64,000 nt of DNA, taken from assembly GCA_963701185.1 (NCBI GenBank), contig OY969569.1:731548-795547 (forward strand), given 5' to 3'. The notes below the pieces were generated by a model. That model made no database searches and was not told the DNA's origin. It worked only from the letters and a program-made list of their open reading frames with translations. Of the stretch, positions 26,787-36,266 are shown in pieces. The stretch comes from Candidatus Gottesmanbacteria bacterium. Its GTDB lineage: Bacteria > Patescibacteriota > Microgenomatia > UBA10105 > UBA927. Each line of letters starts with the position of its first letter. Positions within the stretch are counted from its first letter, which is position 1. The translations under genes were made by a program, and so were the position numbers.

Positions 26787-27402
26787 TGCTCGGAATCACG
26801 AGCTGCCTCCGGCGACAGTCAATGAGTCCGCGTTTTTTGAGTATCGCCACCTGCATACTTGCTGTTTCCCGCGTCGTACCGATCCAGGAAGCAATTTCCC
26901 GATGTGTCAAAGGCACAGGAAGAACGACGGACGATGCATCTTTTTCACCGAGATTGCGGGCCAAGAACAGCAGCAAAAGTACCGTTTTCTGATACGCGGT
27001 GCCCGTAATAAGGTGCTCAATGCGCCTCCTGCACCCGCACAGACCCAATAGAAGCCGCCGCGCCAAATCATAGACAACCGGAGGATTATCATGTAAGAAT
27101 TTTCTGACCGCTTCTTTAGGCGCCCGCCATATCTCAACCGGGGTCACCGTCTCGAGATAATACCGGTTCGGCTCGTTATTGATGACCCAGGTCATCGGAA
27201 AAAATGACCCTGGTTTAAAAATATGAAGGATAAGCATGGTGCCCGACCGGCTTACCGTAAACTGACGTACGTATCCTTTTTTGAGGTATAACACGCCGCG
27301 CGGGGTATCTTCCGCCCGGAGAATGACATCCCCTTTCCGGTATGTGAGACGCGTAAACTTACCGAAAAACGCCTCAAGCGTTTCGGCGACCAGAGAATCC
27401 AT
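26755..27402 (-). CDS. Crp/Fnr-family transcriptional regulator
   Basis: N-terminal cNMP-binding beta-roll and a C-terminal HTH (REIASWIGTTRETASMQV). Confidence 0.85.
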   Translation of the reverse strand: MDSLVAETLEAFFGKFTRLTYRKGDVILRAEDTPRGVLYLKKGYVRQFTVSRSGTMLILHIFKPGSFFPMTWVINNEPNRYYLETVTPVEIWRAPKEAVRKFLHDNPPVVYDLARRLLLGLCGCRRRIEHLITGTAYQKTVLLLLFLARNLGEKDASSVVLPVPLTHREIASWIGTTRETASMQVAILKKRGLIDCRRRQLVIPSIKSLEKEITR

Positions 27403-27419
27403 ATTCTAGTATTCCATGC

Positions 27420-27860
27420 GTGATGTGGTATAGTAAACATATGAAACACACTCTACGTTTAAACCGGATTATTTTCGTTCTTGCCATCATGGGAATTCTC
27501 ATTGCCGCCTACGTCACCCAAAGCTTTTTACGGAACACCGGCATTATCTGCGTATCGAGCGGCTGTGAGTTGGTACGCAAAAATCCGGCAAGTTATCTGT
27601 GGGGCGTTCCGGTGCCGTCGGTAGGACTCCTTGGCTACTCCGTTATCGCAATCCTTGCGTTTTTACGGACAACAAATCCCGCAAAAGGCCTGTTGTACGG
27701 AATTCTGGGAATGACGGCATTCGGCGTTGTATTCACCAGCTGGTTTACGTACACGGAGCTCTTTGTTATTAAGGGGATCTGTACGTGGTGCGCAATCTCC
27801 ACCGTTAACATGTTTGTGTTGTTTGGTTTAGCCCTCAAAAGTTACCAATTGGAAAAATAA
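27420..27860 (+). CDS. VKOR (vitamin K epoxide reductase) family protein. The likely start is at 27441.
   Basis: Four-TM protein with loop cysteines (CVSSGC) and the active-site CxxC in TM4 (GICTWC). Confidence 0.75.
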   Translation: MMWYSKHMKHTLRLNRIIFVLAIMGILIAAYVTQSFLRNTGIICVSSGCELVRKNPASYLWGVPVPSVGLLGYSVIAILAFLRTTNPAKGLLYGILGMTAFGVVFTSWFTYTELFVIKGICTWCAISTVNMFVLFGLALKSYQLEK

Positions 27861-27861
27861 T

Positions 27862-28608
27862 ATGTTTGACCTGTCCGGCAAAGTTGCACTCGTCACCGGC
27901 GCTTCCAGCGGTATGGGAAGAGCTTCAGCCATCGCCTTGGCAAATCAGGGAGCTAAAGTTGTTGTCAGCGCCCGCCGGCTCGACCGTCTTCAGGCACTCG
28001 TTGCAGAAATCAAAAATCACGGCCACGATGCCTTCGCAGTCCAGATGGATGTAACAAAAAAAACGGAGGTTGACGCAGCCGTCGCCGCCGCAGTAAATAC
28101 ATTCGGCCGTCTGGACATTCTCGTCAATAATGCCGGGGCACTCGACTACTCCCCGTTTCTTACCATGACGGAAGAAAAATGGGATCTCATCATCGACACC
28201 AACCTCAAGGGGTATTTTTATGCAGCGCAGGCTGCCGCGCGCGAAATGGCAAAAAATAAATGGGGCCGTATTATCAATATTGCGTCTATCGCATCCGGAG
28301 GAGCCGGGATTGGCATGGCAAACCTTGTTCATTATACCGCCAGTAAAGGCGGCGTGATCGGCATGACCGAGGCACTCGCGGCAGAACTCGGACAGTATAA
28401 TATTCTCGTTAACGCCATCGGTCCGGGAGGCATTGATACGGAAATGACTAAAGGCATCGACGCATCGTCATTCACCAGCCGGCTGTCCGTTAAGCGCCTC
28501 GGCAAACCCGAAGAAATCGCGGCCGCAGTCGTCTATTTTGCGTCAGAGGAAGCGGGCTACACCACAGGATCAACCCTTTATGTTGATGGCGGATGGTTAG
28601 CACAATAA
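27862..28608 (+). CDS. SDR-family oxidoreductase (FabG-like)
   Basis: TGASSGMG cofactor motif; NNAG; a Y...K catalytic dyad (YTASKGGV). Confidence 0.9.
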   Translation: MFDLSGKVALVTGASSGMGRASAIALANQGAKVVVSARRLDRLQALVAEIKNHGHDAFAVQMDVTKKTEVDAAVAAAVNTFGRLDILVNNAGALDYSPFLTMTEEKWDLIIDTNLKGYFYAAQAAAREMAKNKWGRIINIASIASGGAGIGMANLVHYTASKGGVIGMTEALAAELGQYNILVNAIGPGGIDTEMTKGIDASSFTSRLSVKRLGKPEEIAAAVVYFASEEAGYTTGSTLYVDGGWLAQ

Positions 28609-28624
28609 GGAGGAGGTGATACGT

Positions 28625-28768
28625 ATGGCAAAGAAAACAAAAATGAAATTAGACGTCATGAGTATCACCGTACTGCTCGTTATGGCAATTTTCGGCGGAC
28701 TTATTGGTTTCTACGTCGGACAAGCGGCAGGAATCAATGCGGCAATTCAGACTGTTGGAATAAGATAA
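28625..28768 (+). CDS. Single-TM mini-protein, 47 aa
   Basis: AGGAGGAGGTGA RBS; MAKKTKMKLDVMSITVLLVMAIFGGLIGFYVGQAAGINAAIQTVGIR. Confidence 0.35.
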   Translation: MAKKTKMKLDVMSITVLLVMAIFGGLIGFYVGQAAGINAAIQTVGIR

Positions 28769-28824
28769 AAACGTGTTTAACCGAAACATCCCGCGGAGCT
28801 TTAGCGAAGTGGGATTTTTCGTGG

Positions 28825-29520
28825 CTAGAGGTAGAGCGCCACGGTCATGTTCCAGAAGATATGAACGAGAATCGGGGCGACGAGCGAACCTGTGTTGTAA
28901 TAGAGCAAACTGTTGGCTACCGCCAACACCAAATCCGTCACGATAAAAAGAACCAACGTCATCCCCTGCAATCTGGTCGCCGTCACCAGAATCGGTATAT
29001 GAAGAAGGACAAACATCACCGATGAAACAGTGGTTGAATACAACAAATTCTTTGTTTTTTCATACAGCCGGTTAAAAACGAATCCGCGTGAGAGTAATTC
29101 CTCCGTAAATGCTGTTGCCAGTGACAGAATAATGAGGAAAAATCCGTACTGCTGGAACGCGGCAATTGGATTAACGTCCAGTTTCCCATACTTGATGGCA
29201 TGGGTGGCCAGTCCTTCGAGCGCAAAGACGACGCCGAATCCCAATCCTATGTATACGCTGGTAAAGAAATTGTGCCAGGTGAGACCGATCGACGCGAGTC
29301 TCTCTTTTTCTTTGTTACGGACATACCAGATAACCGGCGCCACAAACACAAGAGGTTTGAAGATAAACTCATCAGCCCATTCCGGAAGTTTGAAAAAATA
29401 CCGGTACAGGCTCCACGCCAGGAGAATCCACGCCCAGAGACGAAAAACACTGGAAACTGACGTCCCTACTTTTTTGACAGCCATACTATAACAATACCCC
29501 ACTCGTTCATTTCGGTGCAA
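28825..29520 (-). CDS. CPBP-family (CAAX protease/Abi) intramembrane metalloprotease
   Basis: FTEELLSRGF (EExxxR), FVLLH and HIFWN motifs. Confidence 0.8.
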   Translation of the reverse strand: MHRNERVGYCYSMAVKKVGTSVSSVFRLWAWILLAWSLYRYFFKLPEWADEFIFKPLVFVAPVIWYVRNKEKERLASIGLTWHNFFTSVYIGLGFGVVFALEGLATHAIKYGKLDVNPIAAFQQYGFFLIILSLATAFTEELLSRGFVFNRLYEKTKNLLYSTTVSSVMFVLLHIPILVTATRLQGMTLVLFIVTDLVLAVANSLLYYNTGSLVAPILVHIFWNMTVALYL

Positions 29521-29986
29521 GTATCAATACCGCTTCACTCATGGTCCCGATTAACTGACTCACGAGTTCTACGGCCGCCGTACGGGTAAGTGACCGCAGA
29601 TTGTGGGGAAAATAGTGAAAAACCAGATTTCTCCCCTCTTTCCACGTATGCCAAAAGCGTGCGGCCAGCTCTACTCCATAGCGATCCGCTATTTGTTTAT
29701 ACGCACTTCGCCCGCCGAGGCGGCGGGCCATATTCGGAGACAGTGCTTTACCGATACGGAAATGGTCGCTGTGGTATTCGCGGTCGGAAATAATGTTGAC
29801 GTCCAAAAATAGTTTCTTCAAAAATCCTTCATAAAGTTTAGCGTATGGAAAAACAAGGTAGGAAAAATCCGTCGGAGGTTGGTCGCGGTGTCGCGCGCTA
29901 TCTTCAATCAAAAATTCCCCGTCGCGGATCAGCGCCCGCATATCCGGGGATAAATACTGCCAGAGGGGTGACGTTTCTTCTATCAT
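29507..29986 (-). CDS. Hypothetical protein. The start was moved to the internal Met, giving a 4-nt overlap with the upstream gene.
   Basis: The ORF track extends it to 30136. The first 50 codons would overlap the upstream membrane-protein gene. Confidence 0.45.
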   Translation of the reverse strand: MIEETSPLWQYLSPDMRALIRDGEFLIEDSARHRDQPPTDFSYLVFPYAKLYEGFLKKLFLDVNIISDREYHSDHFRIGKALSPNMARRLGGRSAYKQIADRYGVELAARFWHTWKEGRNLVFHYFPHNLRSLTRTAAVELVSQLIGTMSEAVLILAPK

Positions 29987-30444
29987 GCCCAGCGGAGAAA
30001 TAATAACGTTTCTACGATAAACATCGTCGCGAATATGACCATCCCCCACCGCTGAAGCGGAACGGACACCGGTCCAGCAACCATACGGTACCACATGGTG
30101 AGGTTGCCGGCAATCTGCCACTCTCCTACCTGCCAAAGCAACATGGTCAAATACAGCGACAGCACCAGACCGTCGGCAAGCATACTGTTTGCACTTGTCA
30201 CGACAAACAGCGAGAGGACAACAAATGCCCCGGCAAAAACGATGCTTCGAAACGGCGAAGGGGTAATGGCGGCAAACACCTCCGCCGCGTCCAGGAGATA
30301 CACGCCGATCACGCCGCCGAGAAGAAACCAGACGGCCTCAAGAGGCGGGTGGATATACCACTTAACAAACCCTAACAGCCCCAAATACGCGAGCGAAAGA
30401 AACAGAAATAACAACGGCTTACGGGAAATGATCTGTTTGAACAT
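29983..30444 (-). CDS. Hypothetical polytopic membrane protein
   Basis: 153 aa, four or five TM helices. Confidence 0.5.
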   Translation of the reverse strand: MFKQIISRKPLLFLFLSLAYLGLLGFVKWYIHPPLEAVWFLLGGVIGVYLLDAAEVFAAITPSPFRSIVFAGAFVVLSLFVVTSANSMLADGLVLSLYLTMLLWQVGEWQIAGNLTMWYRMVAGPVSVPLQRWGMVIFATMFIVETLLFLRWA

Positions 30445-30456
30445 ACCTTTAGTATA

Positions 30457-30735
30457 CTATTCTTTTCCTTTCCGCAGCTCACTCATTTTCCACATAAAAA
30501 GCTTGGCACGGCTTCTGGCATTGGCATCCTTCACAAACGTGAGGGCTTTTTCCAACACCGCCCTGGGCACGGTTTTGGCAAGGCGTATGTAAAGGGATTT
30601 GTGTTTGTAGTCTTCGAGGGATTCCGCAAGATATATGCCGTACGACTGAAATTCACGGGAAATATATTTATCTTCCAGCGGGTTAAATTTCTTGAGGATG
30701 TCACCGATCGTCGGGATAACGGTTTGATCTGCCAT
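30457..30735 (-). CDS. Hypothetical protein
   Basis: 92-aa ORF tightly packed upstream of pth. Confidence 0.45.
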   Translation of the reverse strand: MADQTVIPTIGDILKKFNPLEDKYISREFQSYGIYLAESLEDYKHKSLYIRLAKTVPRAVLEKALTFVKDANARSRAKLFMWKMSELRKGKE

Positions 30736-30737
30736 AT

Positions 30738-31304
30738 CTAGTTAAACCTGTTCATCGCCACATCTAGACCTTTCAGGAGCCCTATCTGTACCGCTTCGGT
30801 GCCGTGTTTAATGAGGTGTTTAAACGATCCGGCCTCCGATCGGCGGAACCGAGACAGCACAAATGAAATCACGGACCGATCTTGAGTCTCCGCTCCCCTC
30901 CCGATACCAAGTCGGAACCGGATAAACATATCGGTGCCCAGTTCCTTAATAACGGATTCTATGCCGTGATGTCCGGCACTCCCGCCTTTTTCCCGGATTT
31001 TAATCTTGCCGAGGGGCAGATCGATATCATCATGGATAACCCACACATCAGAAGGAGCCAATTTATAAAAATTCACAAGTGCTTTTACGGCAAACCCGGA
31101 TTTATTCATAAATGTCTGGGGTTTAACCAACATCACTTCACCGATTCTTGCCGTCAATACGTTTTTCTTCTCATCCTTTTGCCATGCCGGCGGGACCCCG
31201 ACCCCAAGCTCTTTTTCCAGCTTGTCGACGACCATAAAACCTATGTTATGGCGGGTATCTTTATATTCACTCCCCGGATTACCAAGACCTATGATTAATT
31301 TCAT
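30738..31304 (-). CDS. pth: Peptidyl-tRNA hydrolase
   Basis: MKLIIGLGNPGSEYKDTRHNIGF N-terminal signature. Confidence 0.9.
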   Translation of the reverse strand: MKLIIGLGNPGSEYKDTRHNIGFMVVDKLEKELGVGVPPAWQKDEKKNVLTARIGEVMLVKPQTFMNKSGFAVKALVNFYKLAPSDVWVIHDDIDLPLGKIKIREKGGSAGHHGIESVIKELGTDMFIRFRLGIGRGAETQDRSVISFVLSRFRRSEAGSFKHLIKHGTEAVQIGLLKGLDVAMNRFN

Positions 31305-31311
31305 ACTTTTC

Positions 31312-31809
31312 TTACGTCAACAATTGTACCACGTCTTGGTCCGTCACTTGCGTAAAATCACGGTAAAACTCTCCGACAGCTCCGAAATCGGCAGGTTTTT
31401 CCAAAACAATCACGTCATCGACGAGAGTTTGAAATTTTTCCGCGACGTCTGCGGGCGCGACCGGCAATGCAATAAAAATTTTTTTTACACCCTGCTCTTT
31501 CACCCACCGGACCGCGGCCTCCATTGTGGCCCCGGTTGCCGCCCCGTCGTCCGTAAGAATGATTGTCTTCCCCCGGACATCGAGCTTTTGCCCTTCGGGT
31601 ACCCGTGCACCGACGGCCAACTCCGGGTTTCCCGAACTTCCGATCTTTTTAACGACAAGCACGTCGTGCGGAACATGGAGAACGCGTGATAGCGCTGCCG
31701 AAACGGCAACGCCCCCGCGCGCGAGGCCTACAATAAGATCCGCCGTTATACGGCGTGAAATAAGTTCTTTTCCTAAACGCAATCCTGCGTCTGTTCTGTC
31801 TGTAAACAC
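31312..31809 (-). CDS. Phosphoribosyltransferase family protein
   Basis: PRPP-binding motif IILTDDGAATGATM. Confidence 0.7.
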   Translation of the reverse strand: MFTDRTDAGLRLGKELISRRITADLIVGLARGGVAVSAALSRVLHVPHDVLVVKKIGSSGNPELAVGARVPEGQKLDVRGKTIILTDDGAATGATMEAAVRWVKEQGVKKIFIALPVAPADVAEKFQTLVDDVIVLEKPADFGAVGEFYRDFTQVTDQDVVQLLT

Positions 31810-31811
31810 AC

Positions 31812-32138
31812 TTACTTCATTTTCGCCAACTGTTTTTCTGCGAGTTCTCCGACGTACGGAACCTTATACATTTCTCCCTGGAATGATTTCCACATAAGGA
31901 CGATCCAGAGGATAAATGCGACAAAAGATAATAGGAGTCCCGTGAGCCACCCCAAGATCGGGATGAATCCCAGCACAATATTGACGACGAATATGCCGCC
32001 GAACAATATGGTTGACTGCATCGCATGAAAACGGACGAATTTATTCTGCTTTTCGACAAGAAGAATAATGATACCGGTCACGAATCCTAATAAATAGGAT
32101 GCCGCCGCGAGTAAATTTTCGTTACTTTTTGCTGCCAT
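31812..32138 (-). CDS. DUF4870-like small membrane protein
   Basis: AASYLLGFVTGIIIL...HAMQS pattern with TM helices. Confidence 0.55.
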   Translation of the reverse strand: MAAKSNENLLAAASYLLGFVTGIIILLVEKQNKFVRFHAMQSTILFGGIFVVNIVLGFIPILGWLTGLLLSFVAFILWIVLMWKSFQGEMYKVPYVGELAEKQLAKMK

Positions 32139-32197
32139 TGTATATCACCTCCCCCCTCTCTTTCCACGATAACGAAGCGGAAGAGTGCCGTCAATGG

Positions 32198-33532
32198 CTA
32201 AAATATGGACAATTGTTCGCGGGAAGCATCAACGAGGGGTTTCTCTTCACCTTCGCGCCAGAGCTTGACGACGCCGAAGACGCCGTCGTAGCCCGGATCA
32301 ATGACAATATCGCCCCTGCGCACCTTATCAACGCCCACCGCTACCCGCTCCCCTGCAATTTTGGCAATATCATCATGCTTTGCTTTCAAAAGAACGGTAA
32401 ATTCCCCGCCTAAGGCATCCGTCAACAGCCGGTACGGCGTCTGTACTTTGGGGCTGGCAACGGGCGACCCGATGCATTCGGAAATAATTTCCTGAAGGGG
32501 TACCAACATCACAAACGGCGGACGTTTCGGAAATGCCTTGCTTGCCGTCATCTGTATATTTGCATTTTTTGATAATTGATAATTGATAATTGATAATTTG
32601 AGGTCTGCTTCAGACCGATGTGCTAGTTGTCCCACGCGCTGTTCCACTCCCTGCGTCAGGGGTTTGCCGCACACCGGACACGTGACGCCGTTTTTTTCTA
32701 TCTCTTTGGGACCCCAGCGGATATTGCAGGCGCGGTGCCCCGACCAGTGATACTTTCCCTCCTCCGGATAAAATTCGATGGTGTAGGCAATTTTTTCTGG
32801 TCCATCTTGTTTTATTGCCCGATAAATTGCGTCATAGGTTAATTTTTCTACGTCAAACACCGTTGATTCACGACCGAGTTTTGGACCACTGTGTGCATCG
32901 GAAAACGACACGATGGAACGGGTATCCAGTTCTTTAATCCGCCAGTTCATTGACGGACTGCTCGACAATCCTGTTTCAACTGCATAGATATTCTTTGCAT
33001 ATGGACCAAACGCTTCATCAATACTGTTAAAACCACTCATGGAGCCAAACAAAGCGAACCATGGAGTCCAAATATGAGCTCCAATAAGAAGCGCTTTTGG
33101 CTCAATTGTTAAAACGAGCTCGGCAAGTTGAATTGAAGTAAGTCCGATAATCGGCCGGCCGTCGCTCATGAGATTGCATCCCTGTTTGGTCATCTCTTTA
33201 TTGATTTTGTCAGCAGAATCAAGGGACGGCACCCATATGAGCGTATGGATGCGGCGGCCTTTTCCGTTTTGAGTATAAATGCAGGATACTTCCGTCGCCA
33301 GAAGAAAGAGCGGGTCGTCCTTTTTTGCGGTTTTCAGCTTTAATAAGCCGTTCCCGAGCTCTTCCAGGTTTGCCCTGATCTCCCGCATCCACAGGGGGTG
33401 CGTCCAATCCCCGGTTGCCACAAGCCCCATGCCCTTCCTTCTCGTCCAGGCACAAATTTCCGGCAGCACCATATGGGGCGATACCGCCCGCGAGTATTTA
33501 GAGTGTAATTGTAAATCCGCAATAATTTGCAT
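32198..33532 (-). CDS. PHP-domain metal-dependent phosphoesterase family protein (TIGR00375-like)
   Basis: N-terminal DLQLHSKYS PHP motif with further His/Asp clusters. It contains an internal 4x heptamer tandem repeat. Confidence 0.65.
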   Translation of the reverse strand: MQIIADLQLHSKYSRAVSPHMVLPEICAWTRRKGMGLVATGDWTHPLWMREIRANLEELGNGLLKLKTAKKDDPLFLLATEVSCIYTQNGKGRRIHTLIWVPSLDSADKINKEMTKQGCNLMSDGRPIIGLTSIQLAELVLTIEPKALLIGAHIWTPWFALFGSMSGFNSIDEAFGPYAKNIYAVETGLSSSPSMNWRIKELDTRSIVSFSDAHSGPKLGRESTVFDVEKLTYDAIYRAIKQDGPEKIAYTIEFYPEEGKYHWSGHRACNIRWGPKEIEKNGVTCPVCGKPLTQGVEQRVGQLAHRSEADLKLSIINYQLSKNANIQMTASKAFPKRPPFVMLVPLQEIISECIGSPVASPKVQTPYRLLTDALGGEFTVLLKAKHDDIAKIAGERVAVGVDKVRRGDIVIDPGYDGVFGVVKLWREGEEKPLVDASREQLSIF

Positions 33533-33535
33533 GAA

Positions 33536-34354
33536 CTATTCGAATACTTCCCGCATGAAGGCGCGGAATTTCCTGTTAAATTGTTTTGTAACGGAGGGCT
33601 GACGTTTTTTCTTTTCACTATACGGCGCTCCCCCCATGATATACCCCGGCATGCTCCGCGGCGTTTTGTTGGTTAAAAGAACGGAAAATACGCTCCGCGC
33701 ATATGACTGTAATGTCTTGAGGGTTTTTTGATACCGCAGACGCCGGAACGAATACACATACAGCGTCTCCCGCAGAATGTGCAATTTGACGCCTCGTTTG
33801 GTTAATCGCGTGACCAGGTCATGGTCTTCTCCGAAAAGATGCTGTTCGTCAAATCCGTCAATAGCCTGAAATGCCTGTTTCTTTACTGCCATAAACGTTC
33901 CCTGCGTCGTCGGCCGGTGAAAAAGAATAGCCGCTTCAATAAACATGTCAAAAAGGAGTGTGATGAGACCATCAGACGGCTTTTCTGAATCCGATCGGAA
34001 CCATGTGGTAAATAACCCGGGCTTTCTCTCCTGTATAAACCTGTCGGCGCGCTCCAGCGCGTACGGCAATACAATACTGTCCGCATCGATAAACAGAAGC
34101 CATGGTCCTTTCGCGACATTGGCACCTGCGTTCCGTTGCTTGGAAATATTCGGGTGCTCCACCGATAGTACGGTGAACTTTGGCAGTTTGTTTTTAAACG
34201 ACTGTGCCGCCGCAATAGTATTATCGCGTGATGCCCCGTCCACCACGATGACCTCAAAATCCTTACGTGTTTGCGTGGTAAGCGAGTCAAGTAGCTTCGG
34301 CAGGAATTTCTCTTCATTGAGGGTCGGGATAATAATGGAAAAGCGAATGGCCAT
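33536..34354 (-). CDS. Family 2 glycosyltransferase. The start was moved to the internal Met.
   Basis: FSIIIPTLNEE...VIVVDGASRDNT and DAD/DxD motifs. Confidence 0.8.
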   Translation of the reverse strand: MAIRFSIIIPTLNEEKFLPKLLDSLTTQTRKDFEVIVVDGASRDNTIAAAQSFKNKLPKFTVLSVEHPNISKQRNAGANVAKGPWLLFIDADSIVLPYALERADRFIQERKPGLFTTWFRSDSEKPSDGLITLLFDMFIEAAILFHRPTTQGTFMAVKKQAFQAIDGFDEQHLFGEDHDLVTRLTKRGVKLHILRETLYVYSFRRLRYQKTLKTLQSYARSVFSVLLTNKTPRSMPGYIMGGAPYSEKKKRQPSVTKQFNRKFRAFMREVFE

Positions 34355-34364
34355 ATGGCCCGTA

Positions 34365-36068
34365 TTATACGCGAATTCCCTGATTCTTGTACATAGCAGC
34401 CAGCTCGCGGACGGTCGTGGCCTGGTCGGGAGATTTATCGTCGCGGATACGAACGAGACGCGGGAACCGCACGGCAATACCCGCCCCGTGCGTCGGGGAA
34501 CGGGTCAGGTCATCGCCCGCCAGTTCAACCACGATTTTCGGCGCCACCCACACGTCAGGGACAAGCATTTTATTGACGTCTTTATATTCTTTCGGAGCCA
34601 AGGAAACTTTAATATCATTGAGGCGTTTGCGGATTTCTTTCCAGAGTTCATCCGACACTCCGGTTCCGATTTTGGTGACCGTCACAATGGAATCGCCGCG
34701 CACCACTCCCACCAGAAACGCTCCGATCCCGAAACCCGAGCGTTTCCCCTCTCCGCGGTAATACCCCATGATCACAGCATCTATTGTATCCGTAAGCTTG
34801 CCGGTCTTACCCTCTTCCTCTTTAAATTTCACCCAATGATAGCCTGCACGGCCCGGCTCGTAGATGCTGTCCCATTTTTTGACGACCGCTCCCTCCAATC
34901 CTTTTTTCAGTTGTTCATCATGATACCGGCGGATTTCGTTGGCCTCGCGCGTAACAATTTCAGGTGAAAGCATGAGGGTATTATTTTTCCTAAGAGTCTC
35001 TTCCAATATCTTTCGGCGGCCGGAAAGCGGAAGAGACAGTAATTCTTTCCCGTTTTTGTAGAGAATATCGAAGACGAAAAACTTTAAAGGCGTGCTTTTG
35101 GCGGATTCCGTAATTCCGTGCTTCCGTTTTCTCGTTGACGTTTCCTGAAACGGAACAAGTTTGTCGTTTTTGGCATCATACCCCACGGCTTCACTGTCTA
35201 AAATCACCTCATCCGCATTCAACTCCTTCCCAATCTCCTGCAACTCCGGAAACATATTTGTTGTATTTTCAAGATTTCTTGAAAATGATTTCACTTCCTG
35301 TCTCTTAAAATGGATTTGTACCCGCACGCCGTCGTACTTGGGCTCGACGGCTACTTCACCCATTTTTTTGATCATATCGTCGGCATTGGGTAGGCGGGCA
35401 CACAGAGACGCCAGAATCGGCGCCCCGACTTTCGCATGGATATGGGACAGTCCCCTCATTCCATCTTTTTTTACTTCAGTTGCCAACAGCCCGATATCGG
35501 GGCGGACGTTGTAGGCGGCTTCCAGCCGCGGGCGAAGCGATTTATCACCGGCTATCATCCACGACAGCGCGTCCAAAATCGTCATGTCCGAAAATCCCAG
35601 TCGTAGTTTATCTAAAGGAATACGGGCAATGTATCGTGCGGAGATTGCGTCAGAACCGCGAAGTAAATCAGCCAGTAATCCGATTTTTTTCTCCTGCGAT
35701 CCCGTTCCTCCCACCCGCGCCAGAGTATCGAGCGCCTTGTAGACGTCCGAAACACTCAAACCCCCGCTGCCTTTGTGAAGTGCTTCTGCCGCTGCCCCCA
35801 AATCGCCGAATCTTTTAAACTCTTTTCGTACTGCGTCCTCGGGAATATCGTACGCCTTGGCAATGGCGCGGATCATAAACTTATCGGCAACACCGAATTC
35901 AATAGCTTCATAGAGAGGAACCGTGCGGCCCTGCAGAAGGTAGCAGATTTCGCCGATTTCCTGAAGTTTGGCGGCACGGAAAAGCTCCGCAAGAATTTCC
36001 GTCATGCTATTCCGAGACGGCGTCGCTTCAAGACGCTGAAAATACGTGGCAAGGAACGAGAATGTCAT
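34365..36068 (-). CDS. lig: ATP-dependent DNA ligase
   Basis: Adenylation motif I EPKYDGVRVQIH; an OB domain; 567 aa. Confidence 0.9.
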   Translation of the reverse strand: MTFSFLATYFQRLEATPSRNSMTEILAELFRAAKLQEIGEICYLLQGRTVPLYEAIEFGVADKFMIRAIAKAYDIPEDAVRKEFKRFGDLGAAAEALHKGSGGLSVSDVYKALDTLARVGGTGSQEKKIGLLADLLRGSDAISARYIARIPLDKLRLGFSDMTILDALSWMIAGDKSLRPRLEAAYNVRPDIGLLATEVKKDGMRGLSHIHAKVGAPILASLCARLPNADDMIKKMGEVAVEPKYDGVRVQIHFKRQEVKSFSRNLENTTNMFPELQEIGKELNADEVILDSEAVGYDAKNDKLVPFQETSTRKRKHGITESAKSTPLKFFVFDILYKNGKELLSLPLSGRRKILEETLRKNNTLMLSPEIVTREANEIRRYHDEQLKKGLEGAVVKKWDSIYEPGRAGYHWVKFKEEEGKTGKLTDTIDAVIMGYYRGEGKRSGFGIGAFLVGVVRGDSIVTVTKIGTGVSDELWKEIRKRLNDIKVSLAPKEYKDVNKMLVPDVWVAPKIVVELAGDDLTRSPTHGAGIAVRFPRLVRIRDDKSPDQATTVRELAAMYKNQGIRV

Positions 36069-36250
36069 TTGATGTACAGAAAGTAGGCAGCAACAATGAG
36101 CACCAGAAACAAAAGGCCAAATCCTATGGCGACCCCGCCGTCCGGCTCATGTTTGGATACTTTTTCTATCCCCTGAAGGATGACAACTGCCGCAATCAAT
36201 GACGGGATAATCATCAGGGCATACACGACTCCCGATCCGGAAAGATCCAT
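36065..36250 (-). CDS. Two-TM mini-protein
   Basis: 61 aa, hydrophobic, ATGA-coupled to the ligase gene. Confidence 0.4.
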   Translation of the reverse strand: MDLSGSGVVYALMIIPSLIAAVVILQGIEKVSKHEPDGGVAIGFGLLFLVLIVAAYFLYIK

Positions 36251-36266
36251 ACTTCTCTATCATCGC

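Noticed and set aside
32569-32600. GATAATT tandem repeat as a possible CRISPR or mini-satellite
   Set aside because: Four 7-nt units is too short for a CRISPR array and there are no spacers. It lies inside a coding region.
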